A stretch of 63,366 nt of DNA, counting the filler, from Octopus bimaculoides (Eukaryota), in NCBI RefSeq assembly GCF_001194135.2. It is 7 parts of 7 records of this genome, joined end to end, with 100 filler letters (N's around TTAATTAATTAA, not from the genome) between each part and the next. Parts side by side here need not be neighbours in the genome. Positions count along the whole stretch, not along the records: positions 23,436 to 29,988 come from NC_068981.1; positions 30,089 to 50,781 come from NC_068983.1; 5 more parts are not named here. One strand, written 5' to 3'. Under the pieces are notes generated by a model. That model made no database searches. It saw nothing but the letters and a program-made list of their open reading frames with translations, and had not been told where the DNA came from. Below are positions 25,755 through 39,592 of the stretch, piece by piece. A program made the position numbers and the translations under genes. Within the stretch, counting starts at the first letter, position 1. Each line of letters opens with the position of its first letter.

Positions 25755-26450
25755 ATGTCCATTCTCTATTGTTCAAAGGTAGGTGGTAAACGGTCCGATC
25801 TGTATGCAGCTCTCTCTCGTATTTTGTACTATCCACACAATGCCGTTGCTGTATTCTGAACTCTTCCCGTTCGATTTTCCTTTTCTTTTTTCAACAGAGA
25901 GTAAGCGAGATTACCTGTCTCGTCCCTTGCTCACTTCCTGTATATATATTTGTACATACCTATGTCATTTCAACTCTGCCAAAAAGGTCGTTATATATCT
26001 CGTCACTAACGCTTATCTCTCCTCATTCAGAAAAGATTGTAAGTTCTCTTCCTTCATTATATTTTCTCGCTATTTGCACTGATTATAGGTATACATATAT
26101 CTACAAATAATTGTCCAGTCCTCGATTGCTCAAAAGTAGGTGGTAAACGGCCCAATCCGTATGCATCTCTCTCCCGTATGTTGTACTATCCACGCAATGC
26201 CGTTGCTGTATTCTGAACTCTCCCCCGTTCGATTTTCCTTTTCTCTTTTTACAGGAAGTAAAGGAGATGACCTGTCTTGTCTCTTACTCACTTTTTGTAT
26301 GTATGTATATATACCTATGTCATTTCAACTCTGCCAAAAATGTCGTTATATATCTCTCATCACGAACGCTTATCTCTCCTCATTCAGAAAACATTGTTCT
26401 CTTCCTTCATTATATTTTCTCGTTATTTGCACTGATTATAGATATACATA
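25755..26450. repeat. Tandem duplication, 2 x about 355 bp
   Basis: 25757-26100 and 26112-26450 are colinear (GTAGGTGGTAAACGG, AATGCCGTTGCTGTATTCTGAACTC, CCTATGTCATTTCAACTCTGCCAAAAA). Confidence 0.92.
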
Positions 26451-26479
26451 ACAACATATTTGTGCACACACGCACACAC

Positions 26480-26514
<35 letters not shown>

Positions 26515-27329
26515 AACACACAAACACATATCTGATGGGAAATAATAAACTGTGGCAAAGACGAAGGGATTGTATATAAACTATGTTCCTGTCACAATTA
26601 TTTGGTTGTACGAATGGTGTATAGCACACTCTTCCTGAGAGTAGACACTCGTTTCTTGTATGCGCTATTGATTACTGTAATTGCATTTCACATAATTATT
26701 TCTATGTAACTATGAAAACAAAACGCATTTGTGTGTACATCTTGCTTACAAGATTATGTTCGAAAGTAACCTCGTTCACGTACTCAACATGCTATAAATA
26801 TGTCTCGGCTAGAAATTTTTTGCGATTAGATGATTGACGCGTGAAATGCGTGTCATCACTTTAGTAAAATATTCTAATAATCGATTTCTTGAAATGTGCA
26901 TATTCCTGCAACTCAGTGGCAACAACACTAAACTATGCTTCACACCATTTCAAGTTTAGCATGCATTTCGGTGCTTGTAATATTTGTTCCATTTCCACGA
27001 AAAATAGACATGGATATAACAACAGATAAAAGGGGTAATATATACATATATTCATACCTATACACACACATACACACACACACACACGCGCGCGCATCGA
27101 ACGCACGCGTCCATTTGAAAGTAAGTTTTAACTTTATATTTCTGACGTGACTATCTATCTATCTATCCATCTATTTATCTACCTATATATATTTCTTCTT
27201 ACCCATCTCCCCCTCTCGCTCTGCTTCCTTCTGTTGTCCTGGCTTCCACTTCACTGCTATATACATCTCTCTCTCTTCCTCCTTGTTCCACTTCCTCCCT
27301 CTACCGCCCTCTCTGCAAACATGTGACCT

Positions 27330-27755
27330 GTGGTCAATTCTCTCTTTTTCACTCCAGCCACTATGAAGGCGAGACGAACTGTTTTTTCTCCGTCCAGCTT
27401 CGTCATATCACTAGCGTTCAATATCAGATTAGCGTTTGGCCCTACGGCTTTTTAATGTTGTTTTCACTGTCCATTGTTTCCGGTCTTGGTTTGTGTTGGC
27501 CACCTTGGAATACTCTGTTTAGTGGGTCGATCCACTACTCAGGAAGAGACTATTCTAGAGTGTGTTCTGCCTTATCTTCGAAACACCTAGTTAGGATAGA
27601 ATCAGCCGATGAAGGAATAATTCCAAGTGGCTATCTGTTTTCCTATGTGTTTGTTCCGTTGTGTGTAGTTCATTTTTCTAACGTCCTGTACCCTTATATG
27701 CATCTATATACATATGTAGATGTAAGTATGTACATATATGTATGTATACATGCAT
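27330..27755 (+). mobile_element. Probable PLE pseudo-LTR-like repeat
   Basis: CCGATGAAGGAATAATTCC hairpin motif and ...ACGTCCTGTACCC.TATATGCAT ending in a TA/TG tract; assignment from recalled family appearance. Confidence 0.4.
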
Positions 27756-28315
27756 NNNNNNNNNNNNNNNNNNNNNNNNNNNNNNNNNNNNNNNNNNNNN
27801 NNNNNNNNNNNNNNNNNNNNNNNNNNNNNNNNNNNNNNNNNNNNNNNNNNNNNNNNNNNNNNNNNNNNNNNNNNNNNNNNNNNNNNNNNNNNNNNNNNNN
27901 NNNNNNNNNNNNNNNNNNNNNNNNNNNNNNNNNNNNNNNNNNNNNNNNNNNNNNNNNNNNNNNNNNNNNNNNNNNNNNNNNNNNNNNNNNNNNNNNNNNN
28001 NNNNNNNNNNNNNNNNNNNNNNNNNNNNNNNNNNNNNNNNNNNNNNNNNNNNNNNNNNNNNNNNNNNNNNNNNNNNNNNNNNNNNNNNNNNNNNNNNNNN
28101 NNNNNNNNNNNNNNNNNNNNNNNNNNNNNNNNNNNNNNNNNNNNNNNNNNNNNNNNNNNNNNNNNNNNNNNNNNNNNNNNNNNNNNNNNNNNNNNNNNNN
28201 NNNNNNNNNNNNNNNNNNNNNNNNNNNNNNNNNNNNNNNNNNNNNNNNNNNNNNNNNNNNNNNNNNNNNNNNNNNNNNNNNNNNNNNNNNNNNNNNNNNN
28301 NNNNNNNNNNNNNNN

Positions 28316-28356
<41 letters not shown>

Positions 28357-29479
28357 TGTGTGTGTGTGTACATATTACATATATACATAAATATACATAT
28401 ATATTGAAAGGTATAATGAATAAAGGCTCAAATTGGTCAAAACACCTTTATACTATTCCCATATAAATCGAATATAAATACATATGAAAAACAGACCACC
28501 CAATGGTAAAACCCAATAGTAAAAAATGTACGAATCGAAAGTATACGAATAAAAAGTGATAAAACCTCAAAGGGTAATTCGAGTAAAGTCAAACGAAGAA
28601 AACTATAAAGATTAAATTAACGTATTATAAAAGCGACTAAAAGTTAAAGCAATGAAACCAAAATAATATAAATATATAAATATATAAATAAATTGCAAAA
28701 TGATAAGCAGAAAAGAGTCCGTTCAAATGCATTTCTACGCTCTTTTCAAAGGATATTGCCTCGCATCGTCAGTGAAAAATCCATTGAGGAAATCCAAAGA
28801 GTGTGACCTTTTAATCAGGAGAAAACTTACAATGGTGTCACATTTCTAGTTGTCAATTTTAATTCTTTATTTCTCACAAGTGGGTTAAACATGGAGGGGA
28901 CATTTCAAGGACAGTCAAAACATAAAAGTGGGGAACAAAAAAGAACGAAAGTAAAACATCATGAAGAAATAATGAAAACGAAATATGAAAAATGAAATGA
29001 AGTCACTCGACCCTCACATCCGGACGACTTCTTTATCCTTGTTATAAACATCATAAAAAAAATCTTAACACATGAGATATCTATTTGAAAGTTGTTAATT
29101 AGTTCGTTGTGTCTCACGGACATTGGCAATTTTCTAGTGTCGATTTCTATTTACCAGTAATGAGCATCGTCCCCGTACCCTTTCAGTTTTTGTACGTACT
29201 TGGGGTCCGATATAACGCAACTATAGTGCAAAGGTATCCCACTACATAGTGAAGTGTTTACCCATATTATTTTGGCTGAACTGTCTACTTCCTTCAGTAG
29301 CTCGTCATTGGACACATCGTAAAGGAAAATAAATTTTTCTTTTTTTCACAGAGGTTCTTACATACTTATATTTAATTTATCGGTCTCAGCTGCGGGTAGA
29401 GTGGGGGATGCTTCCTGCAGGGGAAGGATGGGGTAGAGTGGGTCTAGATGGGAGTCTAGTGGGCGTTGGATAGGGATTA

Positions 29480-29720
29480 TCATTCACAGATTGTGATTTC
29501 CTCCTCCACTTTCTTCTCCGCTTCCCAGCCATGTCCCGTCCATCCTTTTTTTTTTGGTTTCTCTATCTTCGGTGCTATTCTTTTCCCCACTAGTTGTCGC
29601 CGGCGGTGGAGGTGCAGTTTCCGTTTTATTCTCAGGAGTATCTTGTGTTCTTCCGGGTGGTGGAGGACATTCCGCTCTAATGTGGCCAAAATGACCACAT
29701 TTATAGAATCCACTGGACCA
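29480..29720 (-). mobile_element. Retroelement gag/ORF1 zinc-knuckle fragment
   Basis: FYKCGHFGHIRAECPPPP (CX2CX4HX4C with the first Cys changed to Phe), followed by a Pro/charged linker; frame not listed in the ORF track. Confidence 0.65.
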
Positions 29721-29900
29721 GAAGCTAATACGATCCCAGAGTCAGAGTCGGTGCGTGACTTGGGGCTTCACATGAGCAATGATGAAACATTCCATGTGCA
29801 TGTGCACATGGTATACCAAAATATATACCAAGATGGCATCATTGTGCGGGTGGGTGTCAGGATGGATTCTGAGAATATTCAGAACTCGAACCAATGCAGC
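29712..29900 (+). mobile_element. CR1/L2-type LINE RT C-terminal fragment
   Basis: TGPEANTIPESESVRDLGLHMSNDETFHVH...GWILRIFRTR matches the CR1 RDLG..I...L.F..H...GWILR motif. Confidence 0.8.
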
Positions 29901-30346
29901 GCCAATACAAAAAAAAAAATATTCCATGTTTTCCTATTTCCTGTTGTTTACGTTTATGACGTCCTGTACACATATATGCATATATATANNNNNNNNNNNN
30001 NNNNNNNNNNNNNNNNNNNNNNNNNNNNNNNNTTAATTAATTAANNNNNNNNNNNNNNNNNNNNNNNNNNNNNNNNNNNNNNNNNNNNATTCAATAAGAC
30101 ATATTCCATATATTCAATAAGACATTCAATACTTTATTTCATAGTACCATCCATTTTTATTTTATATTATATATTGTATATTATATTATATATTGTATAT
30201 TCCATATTCTATATCCCACATTGGTTTTGCAGGAATATAAATAAAACATAAAAACAGACAGTGCTGGAACTCTTTTAAACAACATAATATATATATATAT
30301 ATACGTATGTGTGTGTGTTTATGCATGTGTATATAAATATATATAC

Positions 30347-30433
<87 letters not shown>

Positions 30434-32090
30434 TAGATAGATAGGTAGATAAATAGATAAATAGATAGATAGATATGTGTGTGTATGTGTTGTGTGTGTG
30501 AGGGCGTGCACGTGCGTGCTCGTGAATGTTCCTTTGTACTCATATTTCTCCTTTGAAGTTTGTCTCTATATCCATGTGTAATAGTATGTTATCTACATTT
30601 TTTTGCGAATAATTTATAGAGGCCTATATTATGCGTGGGAACAAATATTTTATTGTATGCATATTTTATACAAGCCATGTGCATTAAATTTGTTTGAAAG
30701 ATGAGTCAATAGTAACAAAGTCCATTTTTTTCAAATCTAAAATTGTTATGAGACGAAGAATAAAGATTTCAAAACATAAACAAAAACAATTAAACGACTA
30801 CAAGTAATCCCACTTAAATACGGCGCTTGCAGAGATCAAAATATGTATGCACACTCTGAAATAAAAAGAACAAAGAAAGAAACTGTGGTAATTAAAATTT
30901 GAAAAACGAACTGTTTTAAAAGAATACGCCTCAGTATGTATTAAGTTAGGACCGTCTCTTTAGTAAAGGAGTTAACTTGCGGGGAGCAAAATGATGTTTG
31001 ATACTGAATAGACTCTTTATAATATTTTCGACCTTCAGAGTGTTTATTTGGGAAATATGTGAGAAACATGTAGGTGGTGATTTGTGAAACAATGCAGTAC
31101 ACCACAGGGAAGAATTTAAACTAAGATGGAAGCGACAAAAATGCAGTAAACAATATGACCATTGCGGAAGACATTCAAAAAGCCAATTTCAAATCTACAG
31201 GAGATATATTTTCAGGGTTTCTTTCATGTGGTAAACTTCTTCAAAATTATAAGACGTCATATGTCATATACATAAATAGTGAAGGAGGTTAAATGCTAAA
31301 AATCACAACAGCGAATCGTTGAACGCATACTCATAACAAAACAGTACCCAGTCGTAGAGCTGTCCGAGCCTACGAGTTCGATAAATTCAAGAATGGAATA
31401 TGTCAAATACAGCTTGAATTCACAATAGTCCAAATACTAGAGGAGCGATTGTATGTCTCTTTCTTAAAAGAGGAAAGTAGTACAGGTATAGAGAACTGTA
31501 CCATTGCTATATATCGTAGCTCTCTCAGACATGCCCACATTCTCAGTCAGTCACCTTCACCAGCTACGCTGCAGTTACGAATGTATCAGGGGCAATCTGG
31601 AACCCAAGTGATAACGCAAAATTACAGCATGTGCTGTACAATTGTGCTCAGAAGTGCGTCACCTATTCCAAGGGATCAGATATCAGACTAAGCATTCAGA
31701 ATGCGAAGGACGCTGGAAAATACCTCCCTGTATTCACAATTAGGGAACTATCTACAGATTTATGTGTATAATGATGCATTTATTTCGTGTTCATATTACA
31801 TCAAATATGTGTAGGGAACCCGGTCGATTGGAATCTGAGATCCTTTAAACCAAAAAAGTGAAAAAAAAAATGGAAATCCTTTTAGTCCTGGGTGGAACTG
31901 TTCCCAGTCAATGGAATACTTTCCCCCTCCACTAATAACGGGCACACATTTAGTGTAACACTAAAACTAGACCTCAAAGCAGTCCAAGGCTGTTACACCA
32001 AATGGAATTAAATTGAACAACTGATGAGGTACTGATGCAAAGATTGGTGAGGCTCTACTCCTCACAGCGAAGGCGATATTTATATATTCG

Positions 32091-32162
<72 letters not shown>

Positions 32163-32504
32163 TCCAGCATCTAGCTCAATTCATATTACTATATGTCCCA
32201 GCATCTTAATCTAGAATAGGGGACCATTACTGTATCCGATCTGACTTAAGGCGAGACATAGCGGAAATGAGTTCAAATCTTTCCTGGAAAAAGAACGTAG
32301 TGATCATCTATGTGTCCCTATTGCCTTATTTTTTTTTTGTTTCTACATGCCTTCTACAGGCATCACTAAGCTTGAAATGCAATGCTGTCTGTATTTCTGT
32401 CTGTCTGTCCGTCTCTCACCCTCTCTATCTCTCTCTCTATCTCTCTATCTCTCTCTATATATCTGTATATATCTAATCATACACACACCCAGAGACACAT
32501 ACAC

Positions 32505-33460
32505 TTATGTATCGGGTCATCCTATAAATAATGTGGTTTTTCAAATGAATGAAAGAAAATTCGGAGTGGGGCGGAATAATCTACCTGGATCAACTTGTAA
32601 TAATTTACCTTGTACTTATTCTTAGTGCAAGTTTTCAAGAGTGGAGTTCGAGTTTAGCAGTTATTTTTTTTTCAGAGCTATAATGGAAATGACAAAGGCT
32701 CATATTCGGTATATTTTGCGAAGAATATTAATACGGTATATGGGAAACGGACAATAGGTAAACTACAATTGTTTTATGGGGATCGGACAATAGGTTGACT
32801 ACAATTTCTTTTTTTGCTCGCGTGATAAATCGTGATACGCTTATGGTTAAGTAAACGAATTTGATCTTGATCGCACCAGGTTTTTTTTGTTACAGAGTAA
32901 GCGTGATCGCTCAGCTGCCAGTGTGCACCAAAGAAGGAGAAAGATAGATAAGTGATCCGATTTTCTAGTCTGAAAGTATTTGAGGCGCTGAAGTAGTATA
33001 CGAGTAGAGTATACTACTCTACCACGTAGAAGTATGTACGAGTGGGTTAACACTTTAAAAATGGTCGGATGAGCGTGATGAACGAAGTAGGAGCAGAACA
33101 TCCATCACTCACATCCACTGACGTGAAAATTCAACAGGTTCCAGAGATGGTTTTGGGGAACCGACGAGTGATCAACTGTATGGTCTCCAAATTAGTTACG
33201 GTTCTGCATGCGAAATTATCCACAAGCTTTGCTTTTGCAAGGTCTGTAGGAGATGGGTGCGAAGAAATCTTACCGAAGCTTATAAGCACAATCGTGTAGA
33301 GAATTGTCAACGCTTACCTGACCGCTACAACGGCGAATACGAAGCTTTTCCGGAGAGAATACTCGCAGAATATCCCTTTGAGCCAGAATTCAAAACGCAG
33401 AGTTTGAGTAGGAAATACACGGAATGGCCAGTGAGAGAAATTCAAGACTGAACCTTCTGC
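32505..33460 (+). mobile_element. Mariner element remnant (5' end plus transposase N-half)
   Basis: LPVCTKE; LPRRSMYEW..FKNGRMSV..E.GA..PS; KIQQVPEMVLGNRRV; RRWVRRNLTEAYKHNRVENCQRL; EPEFKTQS. TIR-like GGGTCATCCTATAAATAATG at about 32513. Confidence 0.88.
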
Positions 33461-34348
33461 AGACATTGTGTTTATGGCCTTAATTTTGTTTCTGCCATTG
33501 TTCGGTAGAACACCTTCCTACTTTTTGGAAGCTTGTATTCTTTGTCTTTTTTTTTTACTAATTAATGATTCTTATAAATGCTCTGAGGTTCTAACTATTT
33601 TATTTCAGTGTCTCTCTATAGGGTTATGTTGTATGTTTTTGGTAGCTTTGCGTTGGCAAATGTAACCCTGGCGCATGTTAAGCCCAAATTCTATACTTAT
33701 GCAGCAGTCACTCCTACGCTGTATGTAAGAGTGCTTACAGCTGTTGATCTTTTTTGATATTTTTATAGAGGAGATGTTTAACGGTTGTTTCCATTCCCCT
33801 TGTATCCATAATTTGTTTCATTCAGGAGTTTACTTAAAGGAAGCAGTGCTAAGCAGGATAACAAAGGAGATAATGAGTTCCTGAAAGATACTGAAATTAA
33901 TATTATCTAACATTTATATTTGTAATATCAGTATAGAGAACTGACACCGTTTTCCAAAGCTTCATGGTGTGACATACAAAATTTTTCATAACTGGTGAAA
34001 ATGTGAACGCCTCCAAACATTCCTTTACCTACCTGAAAGGAAGACTACCAAAGACGGCTGAGAGTTGTTTTTCCTGTAGTGATAATCTTCAAAAAACAGC
34101 CAGTCTTTTTATTCACATTTGATTCTAGCTAGCATCCATAATATCCATGTTTCCGTGCGTTTTGTTCATCAGGGAAGATGTTGATGATGTGTAAAGTATG
34201 TATGTGTTCCATTAGGGGAGATGTAAGGGTTTTGTGCAAAATAATGTCAGCACGGTATGGGGCTGTTGTTCTTAGGTTATCTCTTTCATCATTTTTGGGG
34301 AACAAAATCATCATCATTATTACTATTGTTACCGTTGATGTTGTTGTT

Positions 34349-34540
34349 AAAGCGAGGAGCTGCATAATATTTAGCATGCCGAGGAAAATGCTTAGCGGTA
34401 TTACGTTCGTCTTTAATTTCTGGGTTCAAATTCCGCTTTTGATCCTTCGGAGTCGACAAAAAATGTATGAGCTGAGCTCTGGGGTCGACGTGATCGAATT
34501 ATTCCCTCCCCCAAAGTTTTAGGTCTATTGCCTATAGCAG
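34349..34540 (+). mobile_element. SINE family B, internally deleted
   Basis: GAGCTGC..TTAGCATGCCG..ATGCTTAGCGGTATT..GGTTCAAATTCCGC..TGGGGTCGAC; followed by ATT/GTT arrays to 34730. Confidence 0.85.
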
Positions 34541-34622
34541 ATGGTTCTTTTTATTTATTTATTCTTGTTTTTATCTCCGTCATTATTATTACTTTCATTA
34601 TTCTTTTTCTTGTCGTTGTTTC

Positions 34623-34692
<70 letters not shown>

Positions 34693-37600
34693 GTTATTTT
34701 GTTGTTGTTGTTGTTGTTGTTGTTATTGTACAGAATAACCAAAGCGACACTAATGGTATTTAACTCCGATAAAACGCTGCTTGATCGCTTTAAAAATATC
34801 GATAACGACTTTTACTAATTAAGGAAACAAATCCAATAAATACTTTAGAATTCTGTAGTCTGCGGAAGTAATTCGTGTAATATTTATTCATAATTATGCC
34901 GCATGCAATTAGAAAATAAGGCACATGCTCATAATGTTCAGTTATCTAGTACTATGAAAAAACAAATATCGGAGTTTTATTCACATCAACACCGTAATCA
35001 GACGATAACTGAGAAACAATGGAAATACAGATCATATTAAAAAACAAAATTGAGAAACAATGTTAATACGCTCCGCATCATATAGCTCAATGTCATGCGA
35101 TAAATGCGGGATGTGAATTTAACGTAATATATTTCAATATATGGCGATTGTAAACTACTTCCCCAACATCAAATAAACTATTACTCGAGGATTAGGATGG
35201 CTGTATAAATAAAGGTCAAGCTATTGTTATGAAAACCAAGCGCATAAAACAGAAAGACTACAAAGCGTCACTTGTGGAATATGTTTATATCCATTATGCA
35301 TAATTAGCAGCATAAAACCAAGTTGCGATGATGTACTCGATTACATTTGCTGACGATAAAAAGACCAGATATAAACAGAACTTTGATTCCAAGCTGGTGC
35401 CCAACTTAACATGATCAATTATGAAAGTCATAAGAATATCAGAAATCTAAGCATTATTTTAAAGAAAGACTCCAGCATGAATACAAAACTATTGAACATA
35501 AAAGAACATATCAGAAATAGACTTATGATGAACACTTGCAAAAGATACCAAATTATCGAAACATCACGAAGGCAAATCATAGAACATCTAAGGAATATTG
35601 TCAAAACAAAATCTGAAGCGAAATCACACAAAAACATAGATAACAATGGAACATGACTAAAAGAAAATTCTAAACACAAAAGTCATGAAGATGAGAATAT
35701 AGCGGAGAAAATAAAAGAAAATTCCCAAGACTTTCTATGAATCTATGATTCTATGATTCCCAAGACTTTCTATGAATTTACAAATGAACAGCCTAAGATT
35801 AAAATCAACGATAAAATGCAAATAATGATGAAAATCTGGGCTAGGCATCTTGTATATTATAACAGCGAGACAAACAGCATCGAGGGATTTATTGGTCACT
35901 GAACGAATTACCACAAAGGAAAATATTCTCACGCAGACTCTGCAGAACCATGACAAGCAGAATAACAACTTGGGTATTAGTTCTGGGGCGCCAAAAAACA
36001 AATGGTGGTACAGTAGATAACATGATAAGAGCTAAAATGTGTAGCTAATATACTTAACAGCATGAGATGCTAATAAACATTTTTAAGATACTTACTGCAC
36101 TGACTAAGACAAACATCATCTAAAGAGATAGTAGCTTATAAGCTGCCTTCCGGCAAAAAATACTATTTTAACATCAATAATATAACGGTAGAAGCGTCCG
36201 GTGAAAAATTAACATAGTCAAAATAAAGCAGAATTCATCCTGTAAAAATTTATATAGTTGCAAAGAAATACTCCTCATCAACAAAACCATATCCGCCAAA
36301 CTGTAAAGAAGTAGTAAGGGAGATATATGGCGTAGACTGAGAGTAGCAGGGAGATGTCGCAATGTGGGATGGCATTCAACTATCTATTGTGTTATGGATG
36401 GCCTCAAGTAGTGCATTGCAGAGAATATCTACAGAGCCCACAGCAAAGTGCTTCTATTTACTAGAGGATTTTTACATGTTATGTGGTTTAGAAAATTACT
36501 CCTATTCAGCATTGGAATATTAGGAATATTGTTACCAAGCTCCATGAGGAAACGGAGACAAGGCACTTAAAGCAACTTAATAGGAATCAATGAACCAGAC
36601 AATATACAGTAGATGCACACGCTCCAAAGAAGAGATTTGATGTCTAAAGAGAAATATATATATAAAAATGCATTAGACTATATACACATTAGTTCTAAAT
36701 ATAAAAACAAAATGTAAAAAACATGCATAAATAATATGTTGCAGTTATAATATTCCCCATTGGATGTTAAACGAAATAGCAACATACTCGGAAAAATACT
36801 AGAAAATATCTGCATTTAGAATGCACAAACCAAAATCTGAAACAGAACGGTAATCTATATACAAACATCACATCAATGTGTGTATGTATGTATGTATGTA
36901 TGTATACTTATATACGTATACGTATATACATATACATATATATGTGCGTGTATGTTTGTATGTTTGTATGTATGTACGTATGACAATCTGAATGTATGTA
37001 TATATGTAAAGGGGCCTTATGTAATTAGTAAACGTTTATAAAAATTTCACTGGAAAACTACAGCAATATCTATATATTGAAGTGAAAGTGCTAATTCAAA
37101 CGTCAAGCACGTGCTTGAGTATCGAAATTCAACTTGTTCATCGCTTGGTGTCTTTATGTTTTGTATTTATAAGAATAGAGGAAAATATTCAATAATGAGA
37201 GAATTATATATAAAAAAAAAAACAGAAACGAAAAATCGTTATTTGCATTGTATTCAAGCGAGATAGCGATCATCGTTAAAAATCGAATTATTCAGTCAAT
37301 GAACTAAAGGTGTAGCATATATCTTCGATATCGCATCCCTATCATACACTTTTGCTATTATCATTTTAGAAGTAAATATTTTGTCCGTATTTTTTGTGCA
37401 GTTTTTATTTTCGCATGGCAGAATAAAAATGTCGTTCGACGTTTCTGAAATATAAATAGATAATTTTAACTCCACTTTTACCCCTTATTTTCTTTCTAAA
37501 ATAGTTATTCGGTCGTTGCAGAAAGAATAGAAGTAAATATGTTTCATAAATGGAATCCGTTTTAAAACTCCTTAAATCCTATTAGGAATTGACTCATCTG

Positions 37601-37819
37601 TACAACAATGTTATGTATTAGTCTACGAAAATCCCTTTGTGGTTGGTAAGTAGAGTAAGATAGTAACTCCCCAAATCTGACGAAATTAATAACCCCAAAC
37701 CTCTCGACCTATAACATGCATTCTAACACTGTATAATATACTAACATCCATCATTACTGAATACACATATTCCTTTCAGATATTTAACAACATATTCTCC
37801 AATGAACGAAATCTAACGT

Positions 37820-39030
37820 GGTTCTTACACGTGTAAAGACTAGCATTACATGTGTAAAATACTTTTTAGTCGACTGCAATACATAACAGACTCTTTCTAT
37901 TGGATATATCGATTACCAAAAAACGTATTTCATAGTCCTCCCAAAAGCAAGATGGAGAAATATCGGGAAATCTATAAAACCTGTCCGAGTTTTCGTATTT
38001 TTCTCTGTTACTGTATTCAGAGGCACATACTGTGAATCCTGGTAATATTGACATACATTGAAGCATTTTGCAATGTGTTTCTCCATCATTAATTCTATTT
38101 TTCTCCAAGGGAGCCGGTAAATACCAAACGATATGAGTGCCAGATATACGACATATCAGACAATCGTCTTCTTTACGTGGAAAATCGAAAGCTTTTGGCG
38201 AAACCTTGGCCTTTAATAATACTAAGACAATTTAATGACCATATTGAGATAGAGCTTGACATTGATAAATGTGCAAATCTACATAATTTAATAGACAACT
38301 CATGAGAAAGTAATGCATACAACTTGGCAAGGCTAACATAATTAAGAAATTGCACTGACACAATTAAAGAAAAATGTACAGATATTCAGCCAAATTGCAT
38401 CTAGCGCCTACAGATGCGCGTGATGTGACTAGTAGAATGGTACCGTTGGGTTAGAGCAATTGTATTAAAAGCGAAGAAATAAGTTTAATGTAAGAAGCAG
38501 GATTTATGCCACCAATACGCGTGTTATGACTGTTGTGACATTCAACGAGAACATAAAAATGTTCATCAATGAGATAAAACTGACACAAAAATACACAAGC
38601 TCCTCACACGCCTGGCCCAAACATAGAAGTAGACGAAAGGATGGAGGATAAAAGTGCTATGGATGCAGCTATTACTGAATTTAGAGACCATACGTTTAGA
38701 CCCCTGAGTAAAGTCATTAATGACAGAATGATTGAACTTTGTTTGCAAGCATGAAATTACCAAAACACTTACGCTTAATATCGGAAGCAGAGATTTGTAT
38801 AAAGAAACTACATAACACCGAGACTAAGGCGCAGTAGATAAAACAGACGAAAGCACTATAAATTCAAAGCAAATACAAGCACAATGGAAACTCAGAGCTA
38901 CATAGAGGGAAAAAGAAGGAAGTACATGCAAAACACCCTACAAGATGCAACGGTTCTGATATTGGTGACGATATGTTCAACCAGTAGCTGCCTACATCTG
39001 GACCAGATCTGCCCATTCGAAATAACCAGA
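37820..39030 (+). mobile_element. Possible highly decayed piggyBac transposase
   Basis: Scattered motifs in the expected order: WIYRLP (37900), PGPNIEVDERM (38610), GDDMFNQ*L (38960). Confidence 0.3.
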
Positions 39031-39371
39031 CCAATGTCCTTAAAAATTGTACTGATCCTTTCTCCTATATTTGTAACTCCATATCCGATAAATTCACCGT
39101 CATCAGTTCACCGGCTTTTTTCTTCAATAAAATTGTTTTTTAACTATTAACGGTGAGATACTATGGTCATATTTTCTCGGTAACCTTTCCTCGCCGTGAA
39201 CATTCTTGACGTTGAACTTCCATCATGGGGAACTTTCTTCATAGTGAACTGATGGTGGTGAACTCTTCTGCGATGAATTCATAGCGGGGAACTTACCGGT
39301 GATCTTGTAACTCAACTACCGAGACAAGTTAAGATATCAAATTTTGTATGATGTTAGCCTCAACTAAGTAT

Positions 39372-39592
39372 AATAATTCTTTCCACGATAGGCACAAGGC
39401 CTGGCATTTTGTGGGAGTGAGATAAATTGATTACATCGACCACAGTACTAAAATCGTATTTATTTAATCGAACCCGTCAGGACAAAAGGCAATGTCAACC
39501 TCGGCGGAATTTGGACTCAGATCGTAAATACGGTCGAAATGCTATTAAGCACTTAGTCCGGTATCCTAACGATTCTGCCAGCACACCAGCTT
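39372..39592 (-). mobile_element. SINE family B
   Basis: Reverse complement of the 5112 consensus, including tail AGGCCTGG..GATAGGCACAAGGC. Confidence 0.87.

Noticed and set aside
29150-29330. 58-codon minus-strand open frame FLYDVSNDELLKEVDSS...
   Set aside because: No good acceptor or start and no recognisable domain; the length is within chance.
34040-34075. Minus-strand GKTTLSRL as a Walker A exon
   Set aside because: In-frame stop two codons later, no upstream GxxG and a weak donor.
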